A DNA stretch of 64,000 nt from Tubiluchus corallicola (GCA_030141605.1 JAQGDQ010000006.1:992001-1056000); one strand, 5' to 3'; numbered from the stretch's first letter, positions 24,761 through 38,199 are shown. Program-made: numbers and translations. Notes: generated from the sequence alone by a model not told the origin.

Positions 24761-27700
24761 AACGACGAAGTCGGATATTTGATTTGTCGGTTTGAAATAA
24801 TAATGGCGAGATTGGCGTTGTTTTTCAAAAAAATGAAAAATAAAAATCTGTACTTAAACCTAAACCTGTAAACGAATATACTATAATAAATTTTGCATCT
24901 ACTAAGGGAGTCAAATATTTTTATCCATCATCTCGAGCTCAGTGAATCCCTCGACCAATAGTTCGAGTCGAACTTGTTGCGAAACAGCTTATCACATATT
25001 GAATTGTATTTTTGTGATGAGTTGGTGCTATTATGCATTGCAGTTTTACGTTTTATCATAAACTGAGTTAATAGTTCACAATTAATTGGAAGAGCGAATT
25101 AACTAAAAAAACTGCTTATAAATACATACCGTAGATAGATTAATGTGCTCCCAATTGCTTGTATTTTCTGCCATGAGTTCCGCTTCATTATCTGCTTATA
25201 ATTAAAACATAAGCTTGCATAAGTTAAGAATCTGTCCAAAACAGAATTGATCTTGTAATGTTGTAAATTTGTAACTTTCGTCCTTTCTATTGTAAACTTT
25301 TATGATCTGTGCCCGTCCGCTGTAAATGTTTCCATTCGTGCACAGTCATCAGGCTTAAAAAGGAATCTTTAATGCCCCAAGGTAGATTAGACCGGAATAT
25401 CAACTCCTTAAAACGGGTGGTTCGATTGGCGATGGTGACAGAAACTGCAAATTTCTTTAAGGCTCTTTTCACCATGCATATAATTGCTGTCAAAAAACAG
25501 TTCTGAAACGCCTTATCCTGCAGAACAGTAGGGGTTTTAAAATAGTGAATGAATGTATCTAGGAAGAATCACCTGCCTTTGCGCTATTCATTTAAGCGAG
25601 TGCAGGCTTACTATATGGCTGCAGTTGGCTGCATCACATTCCTGGCCACAAAAAATTAGTGTAGCCTACTTTTAGGCGTTAACTGTTATCAATTATAATC
25701 TGGATTTTTTCAATGTCTTATGTAGAATAACACTGAATTGAACACTGGGTTGAATAAGCAATCCGTGATATATCAAGCTACAAGAAAGTGGCACTGCTGC
25801 CTTCGTGGTTTTGACACCTCCTAATCAATATGATCTGACATTTCAATCATGTTGTAGTCTTAGAATTCCAGACATTTGATCACTAAGCTTGGGAAATGCC
25901 CAAATAACATTAATAGTCGTTAATGTTGTTATACGTACATTATACTCTATGCAACCTTAGACACACAACATAAAATATTTATTACAAGTGTCTAATAATA
26001 TCTGCACTTACTAGCTCACAAATTGTTGGCATATTTAAGTGCTTTGTATACACGTAGTTGATCAAATGTATTACACTGTGTGTACGCTACGCGCGGTCTA
26101 TTGCTCCTTTTAAGAGTACAAGAATTTTAACGCAAAGGTATGCGCTTTTCCGCTTTTTTGCATTTACCAGCGTACTACCAATTCTTTCAATAACTAAAGT
26201 TTGCTTGTGTAATTTACAGCACAACATAATCACCAGAAAATTGAGGTAATTATCCTAAAATAAGTTACACGAAACTAACAGGCTTTCTTTGAGTTTTCAA
26301 ATACTTCTGCCTGCCTTTGAGGCATTGACTTGAACATAAATAAATCCAAAAAACAGTAGCGCTTTATCTCTGTGATGAATATAGTCGGTTTTTATGAAAC
26401 ATAGTAGTTGAATGAAGTCCATGGGAAGGAAAAACTCTTGAACAATTCAGTAGTTATACATGTAGAATATTTGAACATACGACAATTGGTTAATCTTTTA
26501 TTAATGCAACTGAAAAAATTACCGTATATTATGCGCGTTGCATTAAGTGATACCATCACGCAGTGCTATTATTATTTATCCATGAAATGATTTATTGAAG
26601 AGGCTAGGCTAACGTAGGCTAACACAGTGGCATCGTTTGCGGTTTAGATAAAGCCCATCTCCTAACAAAGCAAAATTTAATTCTCGTTCTACATTTTTTC
26701 TTTTAGTCTGTTAAAGTTTGCCAGAACATAGATAGCAACACAGTTACTAGTACAGCATCCATGTAGTAAAACTTCCCTAGAAAAAACTAGAAAGACACCA
26801 CGGGTTCATTTAATTCTGTATTTTTGTATAAATTGCCTGTTATATAATTGCTGTGCATTTCTAAAAAGTTTTCAACAATAGTTTCGTGTTGCGGTGTTAC
26901 GCCTTGAATGCCAATGGCACGCTTATCTTCAAGTGACCACCGGCTTGGCCTCCTGTACTTTTCTGTTAACTAACTTAAAGTGACACCAGCGTTGTCGTAC
27001 TACAGACTCTTTAGTGTTTTTGTTATTTCAATAATATATGATCGTGTGAGTTTTAAATTTGCAGTTACAGTTTTTACCCCTATTCAGCAATACCTTTTTT
27101 CATTATACAGATTTGTATAAAGCCTTTAATAATTTCAAGACTGCTTATTTCCCCTCGCTGAGTTGTGATTAAAAACAAACTCGAATCCTTTGTTTAATTA
27201 ACACACTGTATGGTATTTCATGAAATTTGTAAAGTGGTACAGACTGCATTTACGCAACAATAACTATTATATAAGTCTTGTTTAGCTAGCACTGTACTTA
27301 TTGTCGATTCTGATTCTGTGTGCGTTTGACCATGTAGCAATATCATGCGTATGATGTCATGACGAATTACTTCATGCATATTGTAACAACAACATCATTG
27401 TTAGCATCATTATAGGGTACCTTTATATTACTGCTTACGTAGTAAATATATATAGGCATCTATGCTCCATATATTATAACGTCATCATGCAGAAATAGTA
27501 ATAACAAAAACAGCAATAACAACCCTTATTATTAGTATTATGAGCAACAGAAAAAAACAACGCACTTTATTATATAATATTGTTCTAAATAATAAGAAAG
27601 TGCTAACTAAAAATTTAATTACCTGGATAAGATGTTTTGATTTGTTTGCTAAGTCATGTTCTTCAAGCAATTCTTACTTCATAGTTTATGGACAACGTGA

Positions 27701-30700
27701 ACTATCAACACAAATCAGCAGTCAACAGTTTGCTAGCAGTTGTGAAGTTGCTACACTTAACCAGTTATTATCATATTATCAGTACACCTCACTACCTGCG
27801 GGTAGTATGGTGAGCGGTCGTTTACCTGACAACGATTTCACAACACCATTTCAGGTGTTCGTTTTACCTGATACTGCTTTCATAACGGCATTTCGGGTAT
27901 TCACGAGTATCAGATCGTGAAATGCAGTTTAAATCCGGAATAAATATTTTATTAATTCTATGTTGTGCAAGTCGGTATCCAGCACCATTGACAGACCTAC
28001 TTAATGTAGAATATTGTGTCGGGACCAGAATCTATCTTATTATAAGGAATAATGCTCTGAGATGAGACACTGAACTGGCAAATCCTAGCCATGCTTATAT
28101 GCAGCAACTTCCGCCGGTAAGATAACAAGCTGGGGTGTATAATAGTCAAACAGCCCAGAACTAACTTTCTCTCTGGTCACTCATCCTCAGCGTTGCTCAA
28201 CTTACTGTCAACTGCGTGGCCAATATGTACATATATATAAGTGCTCATCAATAATTATTATTATGTGCTGGTTTCTTGCTTCTTCTGCATTAATTCTCTG
28301 CCAGAAAAAAGATTCAAAGACATTCAAAAATAGTAGGCCTAGGCCTTAGCTGTCTACACACAGCGAGCTGTAATTATCTAAAGAATTACGTGTTTGAATC
28401 GTCTAGGGTTCTTGTCTTAATTTGCTACTAATACACTAGCTTAGGTGCCACTATGAAATTACGCAACCGTTACAATCTATGACTCTTCTCTCGCCGCTAT
28501 TTAACCTCAAATTATATTCTGGGAATGAGTACTTAGTCAGAATAAGCTTTATTATTTCTGAAGCCTTACAGGTCTGCGGGTTGGTAAATAATTACTACGA
28601 TCAAGTGTTTAAATCTCGCACAGTATCTGTCACGTTCACATTTCTATAGTCAACACCTTGATTAGCTTGATTAAAGGCAGGTAACTTGCGCAACCTAGTT
28701 TGCTATGCGTGTGTTGTTTTGCTTTTTAATCTTTACTGAACAACTGAATAAGAAGAAAACATTTAGTACTTTATGTTTCCAAGTTTTTTTGTTTGTTTCT
28801 TGTGTGATAATTTTTGCCGTTGACGTATGTTCTTATTTTAATATTGTACTCTTTCTCCTAGGGTAGCCGATGTTTTTGCTCTGAACTATTTTCGCCCACA
28901 TTATTTTAAACCACTCTTTATTATGCTCAAATTGCGTTCCATCTTTTTGGCGTGAATTACATACGAACAAAACAAACTGTGTCTGATATTATATTAATTA
29001 CCATGATACTGTAAAAACTAATCAGCGAAGACTTGCGCCATTATCCTTTGACATTTATGCATGCACTTGCTTGTTAATTTATTTGCAAAAGAAAAAGATT
29101 TATTGCACAGGCGGCTCTCATAGTCTGCCTACAATATGTGTTATCATATCACAATAACTCGCACAGATTTAAGAGTTTTTAAAGGTTTTTCTACTTCTCG
29201 AATTGTCCAACAGTCTTATAGCTACCTGTTATTGAAGTACACAGTTGAATCGCCCGTACAGACGGTCAATGCCCTGTTCCCCGTGTCATCATACCCATTG
29301 CATTTTACGTCCACTATGAATAAAGACAAAACTTCTCCTTTGTTTTATGAGGATCATTAAATTTCTTTCAGTGTTTTTTGTGAAATAAGTTACACACGCT
29401 ATCAACTTTTATGCTTAAAACAATGGTTTAGCATAAGTGCCCAGAAAATAGAAGGTCTAGGGTTTGAGTCCCTGTCGAGTGCAAACTTTTTCAGACTCAA
29501 ATTTAACATGATTGCCATTGCGAAAACTGCTCAACTTATTAAAAAATATTCCCGACTTTCGGGCAATATAAAGTGCAACGAGAAGAGAAATGATTCGTTC
29601 AATTAAGCTTAATTTCACAATCTTAATTAACTAATTAGAGCTAATTAACTGGTCTTAACTCAACAATAGATTTTAGACTGTGTGCCAAAATTTCTAGCCA
29701 GCCAGGATCTAGACCCAGAACGTGCAATTGTGGTAGAGCATTCGACTTCTTCCTTGGCTCATAATTTTCTGGGTTTTCCTGTTTCTTCAATTAATTAAAG
29801 CACCTGTTAGGTTGATTGTTACTAATGTATAAACAGTTAGGCTATGTTAGCTATATGTTGTTAGATTAATTGTTGTTTATACGTAAACATGTACATTCAT
29901 ATGCATTAGTCCTGGCTTATCATGTTGAATTATTTATGATAATTAAGAGCTCTTCTCAGTTGCAGGCGCCGCTGCACTTCGCGGTTTAACTTGATTTGTA
30001 ATTGTGAATGGTAGCACTATATGAAGAAGTTTTTAGTATCTAGTAGTTGCTCATAAAGTGGCTACACGCGCCGGACAACTGTGAATGGTATATGCTATAT
30101 GCTTATAGAGTAGTAACTGAGACAAACAAGAACAACGCGAGAGAAGCCAATAGAAAAGGTCAAATAAATATGACAAAAACATTAATGAGAAGAATGGTAA
30201 AAACGAAATCGAACGGCAATAATAAAGAAAAACAATAGTAAACATAAAAACAGCAGGGCGATGCCAACAATTAAGAAAAGGCGGCAGCAGGAACAGTAAT
30301 AAAAACAACAAAGGTACTACTCTAGATAATAATATTAGTACGGGATTACGTAGTAATGTTATTATCTATGGATACTACGATGTCGATTCTCTAAATTGGA
30401 AAACACTAGGACCAGTCAATATTCAGAAAAAAAATCTTCATTATGAACTATATATGAACTTCAATCCATATACTAAGCGCAAGTAAACAAATAAATCACA
30501 CTATTATTTTTATTGAAAAATTGCAAATTAATGCACAAGTTTACATTTGACACATTTTTAGCTTTTCGTCTGTCCGTATTTGGTGGGCCATTGCTTAGTT
30601 TGACCGCACTCGCACTTAATGTCAGTTTTCAACACCTAAACCCTGTTCACTGACGAAAACCTTCACAATGTTAGCTATTGTTCTCACGTTAGCTGCACTT

Positions 30701-31088
30701 TGGCGCTTGTAGCTACTGTTCACACTCGAAGCATTGGCAACTTTTTCTCGTACGTTCACGTCAACATTTCTCCACTGGCGTTCTCACTAGTCTCACTAGT
30801 TAATGAATTCTGTCACTGAAGTACCGACGACAAAAGAACCTATATCACTATTACTGATGTCAAATTTTTAGGCACCGCACTGTTTTGTGAACTCTGTCTA
30901 AAACCCTGTGTGAAGAGAACTGTCGTTGTTTTGTTCAAAAATTGGTTGCTGTTACCGACACTTTTCAAAACGGATGGAAAAAGATCAGCTGCCACTCAGT
31001 TATCTGCTCTGGCGTTGGTTTACAGGTATCTTCTCACCATTTCCTCTTTTGTCGACTTTGCCTTTGCAAGTCTTGCAATTGGTGTAGG

Positions 31089-31454
31089 TTACCTTAGACT
31101 TAGAATACTTTCTCTGCATAAGCAGTCTCGAGGTGCCCTTATTCTTATTACAGCGACATTGCGCTTACGCAGAGGACAGTACAACCTCACACGAGCTTGC
31201 ATTACTCCAACTTCTTGACAACACTTACAAGATCTTTCTAGATAAAATACGTCAACGTCTGACGATACCACTCTTACAGATGATAGGCACACCCCTCTAC
31301 AAGCAAACGACGGGACTCTTCTAGTCCGGCAGCCGGGATAACCGACCTTATGTATGATACGTCGCATTTGGCAGTATTTATGATGATTCAAGCTATTACT
31401 GAATAAGGATACGAGTGTCAAAATTCCTAATATAGTCACCGATCTAGATGCCAT
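31089..31454 (-). CDS. Burs: Bursicon alpha subunit-like cystine-knot hormone, single exon, 121 aa
   Basis: Signal peptide MASRSVTILGILTLVSLFSNS, then CQ..IIH.V.YPGC....PSFAC.G.C.S.V.V....LERSC.CCQE.G...A.V.LYCP.....APRDC.CR, matching the bursicon-alpha signature. 10 of the canonical 11 Cys present. Minus-strand AATAAA near 30508-30513. Confidence 0.9.
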   Translation of the reverse strand: MASRSVTILGILTLVSLFSNSLNHHKYCQMRRIIHKVGYPGCRTRRVPSFACRGVCLSSVRVVSSDVDVFYLERSCKCCQEVGVMQARVRLYCPLRKRNVAVIRIRAPRDCLCRESILSLR

Positions 31455-31706
31455 AGTGAACAGTAAGAAAACGAAGTTACGCGATCAACTGGCATTAGTG
31501 CTTATGATATCCTAGATATCACACATATTCATTGTGTGGGATGGTACTATCTCTACTTTATTGAAAAGTTTTGCTCTTGCGCATGTGTATTGCAGTAGTT
31601 TACGCGATGAGAAGCCCACACGCGTAAAGCTTGGTTTGGCAGGAAGCGGAATCGTAAGCACGTAGATTATCTAAAAACAGGAAGCGGGAGAGTTTCTCAG
31701 GTAAGC
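31455..31706. promoter_or_regulatory. Candidate bidirectional promoter and first non-coding exon of bursicon-beta
   Basis: Lies between divergent genes and is CpG-richer than its flanks. TGCGCATGTG (NRF1-like) at 31578-31587, CAGGAAGCGG (ETS/GABP-like) at 31640 and 31678, strong + strand donor CAG|GTAAGC at 31700/31701 that could pair with acceptor ttatag| at 33076. Confidence 0.5.
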
Positions 31707-33109
31707 GTTTCTTATAGTGATTATATGGCAAGAACAATAATTATGAAGTTACGAATAATAGCAATAGCAACACGTTCATGTAATAATTTTAAGAGTTTCA
31801 TAGATATACTGAGTTAAACATGATTCTTGTAAGGCGAGTTTCTAGTCCGCCCGCGATCGTTGTTCAGTTAATCATTGACAATGTGGCTACGTTATATCAG
31901 TTAAGTTAAGTAATAAAGAATGTAGATTACCTAGCACCTCGAAAGTATTTTTTTAATTTGTTAATGATAGGCCGCAAATTTACGAGGTGGAAAACAGACT
32001 GCTGTCAGGCCCCGGCTTCTTAAAAGTTGACGCAAGCTGATTGGAGGCAGCGGAATTTCTGTTATGTACGTATCTGCACAAAAGCCCTTAAAACCACACC
32101 AGATTTGGCGTAATAAAGGTGGATCAGAGGGCTAAAAAGAGTGGGACAGCGTTCCATAGTTTACCATTTCACGGCAACTTTCTTGGCACTACTTTTCGGC
32201 TTTTCAATTATTTCTGCTATTTTTAAGATTTAATTTTTTTATTTGGCTGGTTTGTATAAATACACATAAAAATATATACATACATTTCGTAATAGCCATA
32301 ACAATATTATGATGGGTAAGCACAAATGGTAAGTACTAAGCACAAACAATCCCGGAATGAGGCTGAGCGCAAGCTTTCGTACCTTACTCTGGGGCTGCGC
32401 CAATTAATTTAATATAAGTATAATTAAACAAATTTTAATGTGTATATAATGTACACAGGTAACATGCAAGTTAAATACAGCTTTTATTTATAATCTTTTG
32501 TTTGTCTGTCATAGATATATTACAACAAACATTGCGTTACATTTTTTTCACTGTAAATTGTAGTCATGCAGTGTGAGCTTACGTTTTTTTAAATAAACGA
32601 TTTAATCAAATTCCAAGTTCGACATACAGTCCTTTTTGCACCTTGCTAGGCCAATGGATACTGTGTGTAATGTACTGGGTGTCAGAATATTATGACGTAT
32701 AGAAATTTATTTAATCAAACTATTGTTTATGAATACTTGTTTCGGATCTAGGTCACTTGTAGGTAACGTGTTCAGAAATCCCACGCTAGCATGCCTATTG
32801 GTTAATATTACTGCCGACAGTGTTTAGCGTGCGAGCCCGCGGGGACACTGCCAACAACAGCAGCGACAATGACAACAGTAGCAACAACAAGAATAACAAC
32901 AGGGAGCACTGAATTTAAACAATTCTCTTTCTTGTCGATAGAATTCAAATGTAATGCATAATAATTGCACGTCTTCTAAAATTATTAAACTAAGAGAACC
33001 TAGTGAACCCTTAAATTTTGCGTCTTTGCGCATATCATGCATGCTAATGAATACAGTACTGATTTACAAATTATAGGTGAACAATTACGACGGCTTTACA
33101 AAGGAAAAG

Positions 33110-35671
33110 ATGCATTCCTCGTCTCTGAACGACTTGAGTCGACAAAGTAGTGGATTTACATTATCGGTTTTTATTATGGCAATGATGACTTTCACTCAAG
33201 CTGCAGGCTTACACATTAATGAAGAAATTTGCGAGACACTGATTTCTAGTGTAAGGTTGACTAAAGATGTAAGTTTTTAACGTTCTTTTACCCAGTAAAA
33301 GCTTTTTATCCAGTCGGCAGTCCATTAAAACAAAACCAACTTTGCTTTGAAGTAAAACAAGAAAGGTGCGGTTAATATCAGATTACAATCGTTATAATCA
33401 TGGTTGTATCAACGTCATAATATCGACATACAATCGTCAACGGGCCACCGAGTCGACTCTCAATTACTCTCCAAGACGAAGTACATATAAAGACCTCACA
33501 CGACGATTTTTCTGAGTGAAATCCATCTATGTATAGATAACCGATTTTCCTTTATCTTGTTTGCTGACTTACTGTTTCATGAGAAGCTTTTATAAAATAA
33601 AATGTAAGATCAACCAATCATGCTCAGTGGTTAAACAGCTATGACTGTTTAGGCTTAGTTGTCTGTACGAGCATCTTGTCAATCTTTAATTGATGGTTTG
33701 CTTCTGTATTTTGTAGCTGTATAGTTAAGCAATATTGAGGCCTCAGTACGTTTGTCATATATGTATTGATAGGAACGAGCTTGTAAAGCCTTGGTCTATA
33801 ATTTCCATTTATTCTTCCTTAGTATTGTTCTGGTGAAACTAGTCCATAGTAGTAATGATAATATGGTATTATACCTTTCATTCGTCTTTTAGCAATGTGG
33901 TTCTGTAATTTTTGGGTCAGTAGCATGTTCTGTACCTTTGACTAATTGCGGTATTTAACAACTGCTGGGGACTAACATTTTTGCTTTTATAGTATGACTC
34001 AGTAGTTTCTGGTAGCACCTAATAGCATAATTTTTCTCAGTTCCAGGCATCACTACTGCAACATGATTCTCAGTTTTGGCTGCCCTAGGTAAAATAATTC
34101 TAGTGCCTAGTGGGCTCCCGTAACTTTAGTTTTCCCATGATCTTTATACCTGTTTCAATAACAAGGTACTGAAATTTCTGGACCAGTCTGCATTAGTATG
34201 TTTCTATTACTCCTACGTGATCTGATTGATAATGAAATATGATCTCGCCAGCTTTTAGTAGTGCAGCTTCAAACATGGCGTTTGGGTCTGGGGCTCTTGT
34301 GCTTGTCTGCAGCAATGTGTTCTCAAGTAGTATTTGGGAAACATTACAGTGTAGTAGTATGCTTCTGCTTGACAGAACTCCGTAGTATTATTCAATGACT
34401 TAACATCACTCACTAGTATATTTGTAATAATTTCCATTCATTCCTCGGTGGTATTGTTCTAGTTCATATTAAGTAGCCAGCAATGATGATATGATATTGT
34501 AGCTTCTTTCAGCCTTTAGCAATGTTGTCCTGTAATTTTTTATTGAGCCTGTAGTTTTGTTATTCTAGCCAGTTTCCAGTAGAATGGTTCTGTGGCTTAC
34601 TTGTGGCATTTAACAACTTTTGTGAACTAAAGATTTTTTTAACATTTTTGTTTTAGTACTTTAGCTCTGCAGCTTCAGCTACTATTAGCAGTTTAATTAA
34701 ATCGCTTCCAGGCATCGTCATTAACAAGATTCTGGCTGCCAGCAGTAACATGATTCTGGCTAACCCTACGACTTTGGTTTTGTGGCTTTAGACCTGCCTC
34801 AGATATATCGTACAGTAATTTTTTGTCCAGTCTGGATTACAATGTTCACCTTTCTCCGGGTACTTCTGAATGATACCCAAAGTGTGATTTCGCTGGCTGT
34901 TAACAATGTATGTTTAGTTATTTAATTTCTGTGTGTGTAGTAGAGCCTTAGTAGTATTACTCTATGACTCGAATTCACTCATTAGACCTAGTATGTTTTC
35001 AATTTACAGCTGAGACTCATTCTATGCGGCACCGTGATTCTACTACGCGTAACATTAGTTTTTGTTAATTATGGTATTCAACAATTTTCAGGGAGTAAGA
35101 CTTTTTCTTTCTGTACACAGAACTGGCTAACACATAGAGAAATTTTATGACAGCGCAAATATCTAACTTTGTCTTTAGGTTTATAGTGAAACAAATGAGC
35201 ATTTGAAGACTTGTACTGGTATTGTTATCGTCACAAAATGTGAAGGCAAGTGCAAATCAAAAGTCTCGCCAAGTGTTGTGGCTGCAAATGGGTTTCAAAA
35301 GGTTAGATTAAAATTAATTTGAGTTTATATAATATACGAGTTCTTCTATTATCCTATATATATGCTATGTCGCTGTTATGTTAGCAAACACAGATGTCAG
35401 TCTTAATGTCAGCATCGTGCAGTATTTTATTAATGATCATTTGGTAATGCTGTGCCATCATAGAAGTCAACAAAATATCAAGTGCGATGATATACTTTTA
35501 CAGGATTGCAGATGCTGTCGTGAGACAGCTCTCCGTGAAAAACTCGTCACATTAGACACCTGCTACACACCTGACAGAAATGTAATAACATCAGAAAACG
35601 AACTTGGATCTACATACGATATAGAAGTGACTGAACCGCTTAGTTGTGGGTGCCTTTCATGCACAACTTGA
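33110..35671 (+). CDS. Pburs: Bursicon beta subunit (partner of bursicon), 3 coding exons, ~149 aa
   Basis: Exons 33110-33268, 35179-35301, 35504-35671, all phase 0 and GT..AG. Protein after the signal region: EEICETLISSVRLTKD|VYSETNEHLKTCTGIVIVTKCEGKCKSKVSPSVVAANGFQK|DCRCCRETALREKLVTLDTCYTPD..EPLSCGCLSCTT*. All 11 Cys of the bursicon-beta pattern; AATAAA at 35675. Confidence 0.92.
33810..35040. repeat. Old diverged tandem duplication (~630-bp period) inside a bursicon-beta intron
   Basis: Colinear matched blocks: gtattgttct, tttagcaatgt..ctgtaattttt, atttaacaact, ttccaggcatc, tggctgcc and ccagtctg.atta each occur once in 33810-34437 and once in 34438-35040. Confidence 0.7.
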
Positions 35672-38199
35672 GTTAATAAATATAAATTTCTCGTAATTTC
35701 AATTCTACAATTATATGAATCGTATAAGGAAAAATGTTTTCTGCTAAAAGCTAGCTCACAGAAAGTTGATTAAAGTCCACTAGTTTCACTACCAAAATTA
35801 ATATAACATTGACTGTTTTACGATATTTCTTAATCTAGTCAAATAATAACTTGCATGTTTTTTGAGTTTAATATATTCTTACATTTCATTTATGTAGTTT
35901 GTTACTCAGAAGGCGACTGCTTTGTTGTGCACCACGCACACATGCACACGAACTCCATGTTTTTAATTCTGGTGTATTAAATGACATGGATTTAATGTAG
36001 CTATGTGAAAATGACTGAAGCTGCAGTTTTGTCTGCGACTCAGTGATACCACAAACTGCTAGACATGCAGAAAATGGGTGGTGTGTTTATTAATAAATTG
36101 GATCATTGAGGTTGCAAAATTCATTATTTTACACTCGAAATTTCAATTATTCATAATGTAGATGCTGGCTAAACAAATTGACACTTGACGTTTACAACAA
36201 TACTTATTTATATACATTACAATACAAATCTATAATTTTGAGATTATGGTGTAATAAACATTTAACAGTTTCGCATTTTACGAAGCATACTGTGTACAAT
36301 ACTGTAGAATACAAACTATTTACAGGAAAAAAATGTCCGACTCACCACTGACAAATAAATACAAAGCAAAGTAATTGTTCTCCAATAGCTCGCAAATGAT
36401 TTCTGCTGGCCTATTTAATGTCATTTTATTTCAAAAATGGCATATTGGCTGATTAACAAAATATGAAGTTGAACTTTAGTATTTACCAGTCACAAAATGA
36501 CGATCGTAATACGAAAATGTACCATACTTCGCAAATTGCCAGTAGCGCGAATTCACAAATTCTGTGTTGATAAGTCCACTGAAAAGTAACAGCTGAGAGG
36601 CTATAATAAAGGAAACATTGCAAATGCACCATACCAAAACTCAGCTTCATTAAACCAACTTAATTAGCATGTTTTGAGCAAAGAATTAATGTTTCTCTCT
36701 CACTTTTTGTATAATTATACACTAGCGTGATAATGAAAATTGCTAGCCTTAAAATTTGGCAGTGAACTTCCTACATGACTCTTGGTATGATGCATAACCT
36801 GAGACAGTAAAGTTCGACTAATCACTGTTCAAGCAAAAATAAAAGAAATTTTTAGTATTTTAACCAGATAGTGCCATCTATGTGTAAAATAGCAAGCATT
36901 TTGTGACCGGCAACACTATATTCGGCCGAAATTTGGTAAATGGTCAACAATGGCAGAATAAACAATTATATATTTAGACATTATTCTCTTAATATGAAAA
37001 AAGTATGCACAGGCATAACAAATGAAAAACACGAGATATTTGCTAAAAGTCTTTTCATATTTCGTTTAAAAGACAAATAATGCTTAATGATTTGTGCAGG
37101 TTTTGTTAATAGTTTTTTTGCTAAATACTCGTGAACAGTGTGTCCAACATATGTAAAATCCCACCGACGATGTTTGTATTACTGTCAAAGTGCTTAAAAT
37201 GCACTTTAAATTTCAGACACCCAATCCATTTTGCTAATAACTATAACGGATGTCTGGCCTTTTTTTGGTCTTAAGCAAATAAAAACGATGGAAATATGAC
37301 GCATAGTATTAAACAACATTTCTTAATTATCTTCATTTCTTCAAATTGGTAAAGTTAAGATTAGTGAGCAGTGACAAGATCAAAGCCAATGAACACTAAA
37401 AATTAATATCATTATACAAAAAGAACATATATTGTGCCTTATTTACATTTGCAGTATGACTAGTTTTGATAAATTTAGTTGGATAATAAGCTATTAAATA
37501 TTCAAACAAATTTAACAAGCAAAAGATCTACGCTATTTGTTCTGATGATAAATACACAACTTTTTCAAATTGCTTATAGGTGATGAAACTTGAAAAATAA
37601 TTCAAAGAAATGGAAAGCTAAATATTAAGTGTAATCCTAGCTTTTCTAGATTACACCTTTTGCGTTTTACCCTCTAGAATTTGTTTTTAACAGTAATTAA
37701 GTAATAAATACCAAATGTATAAAGCCTAAGAATGTTTTATTGATGCAATGTGTTATGAAACTGCTACCTTAATAATCCATTGTAATAAATGTATTAATGC
37801 ACAGTTTAGCTAATTATTTACATCTTTGTTTTACGCTTGTACAATATTATATATCTGACATGAAACAAAAAGATCAAAGTTTTTAACAAACTTTTGCAAT
37901 ACTGTAGTCGTAAATAATTGCAACCGCTTTTTATTTTAAGTGGTATCATGTCTAATGTTGCAGATAAGTATGAAACTGGCCTTACTACGATCTCTGTGCA
38001 TGAAGCAACAAGTTATTAACATTAATTATTGTCATCACTATTGTTATTAATGATAGAGTAACAAAGTACATTCTCACTGACAGGACATTACACAAGTCCA
38101 TAAATTTTAAGCATAACAAAACAATGTAGATATCAAAATTAAAATGATTTACATTATAACTAATTAGATTGTGCTGATGTCTATATTACTTTCTTTTTA

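Noticed and set aside
29420-29760. tRNA-like B-box motifs (gggtttgagtccc and an opposing ctgggtctagatcc)
   Set aside because: No cloverleaf can be drawn; at most decayed tRNA-derived SINE fragments, too weak to call.
30500-31088. Coding-looking sequence after the bursicon-alpha stop (readthrough or C-terminal extension)
   Set aside because: The in-frame continuation stops again after ~22 codons and the other frames I read are also interrupted; treated as 3' UTR.
30910-31324. Plus-strand ORFs antisense to bursicon-alpha
   Set aside because: Shadow frames of the real minus-strand gene.
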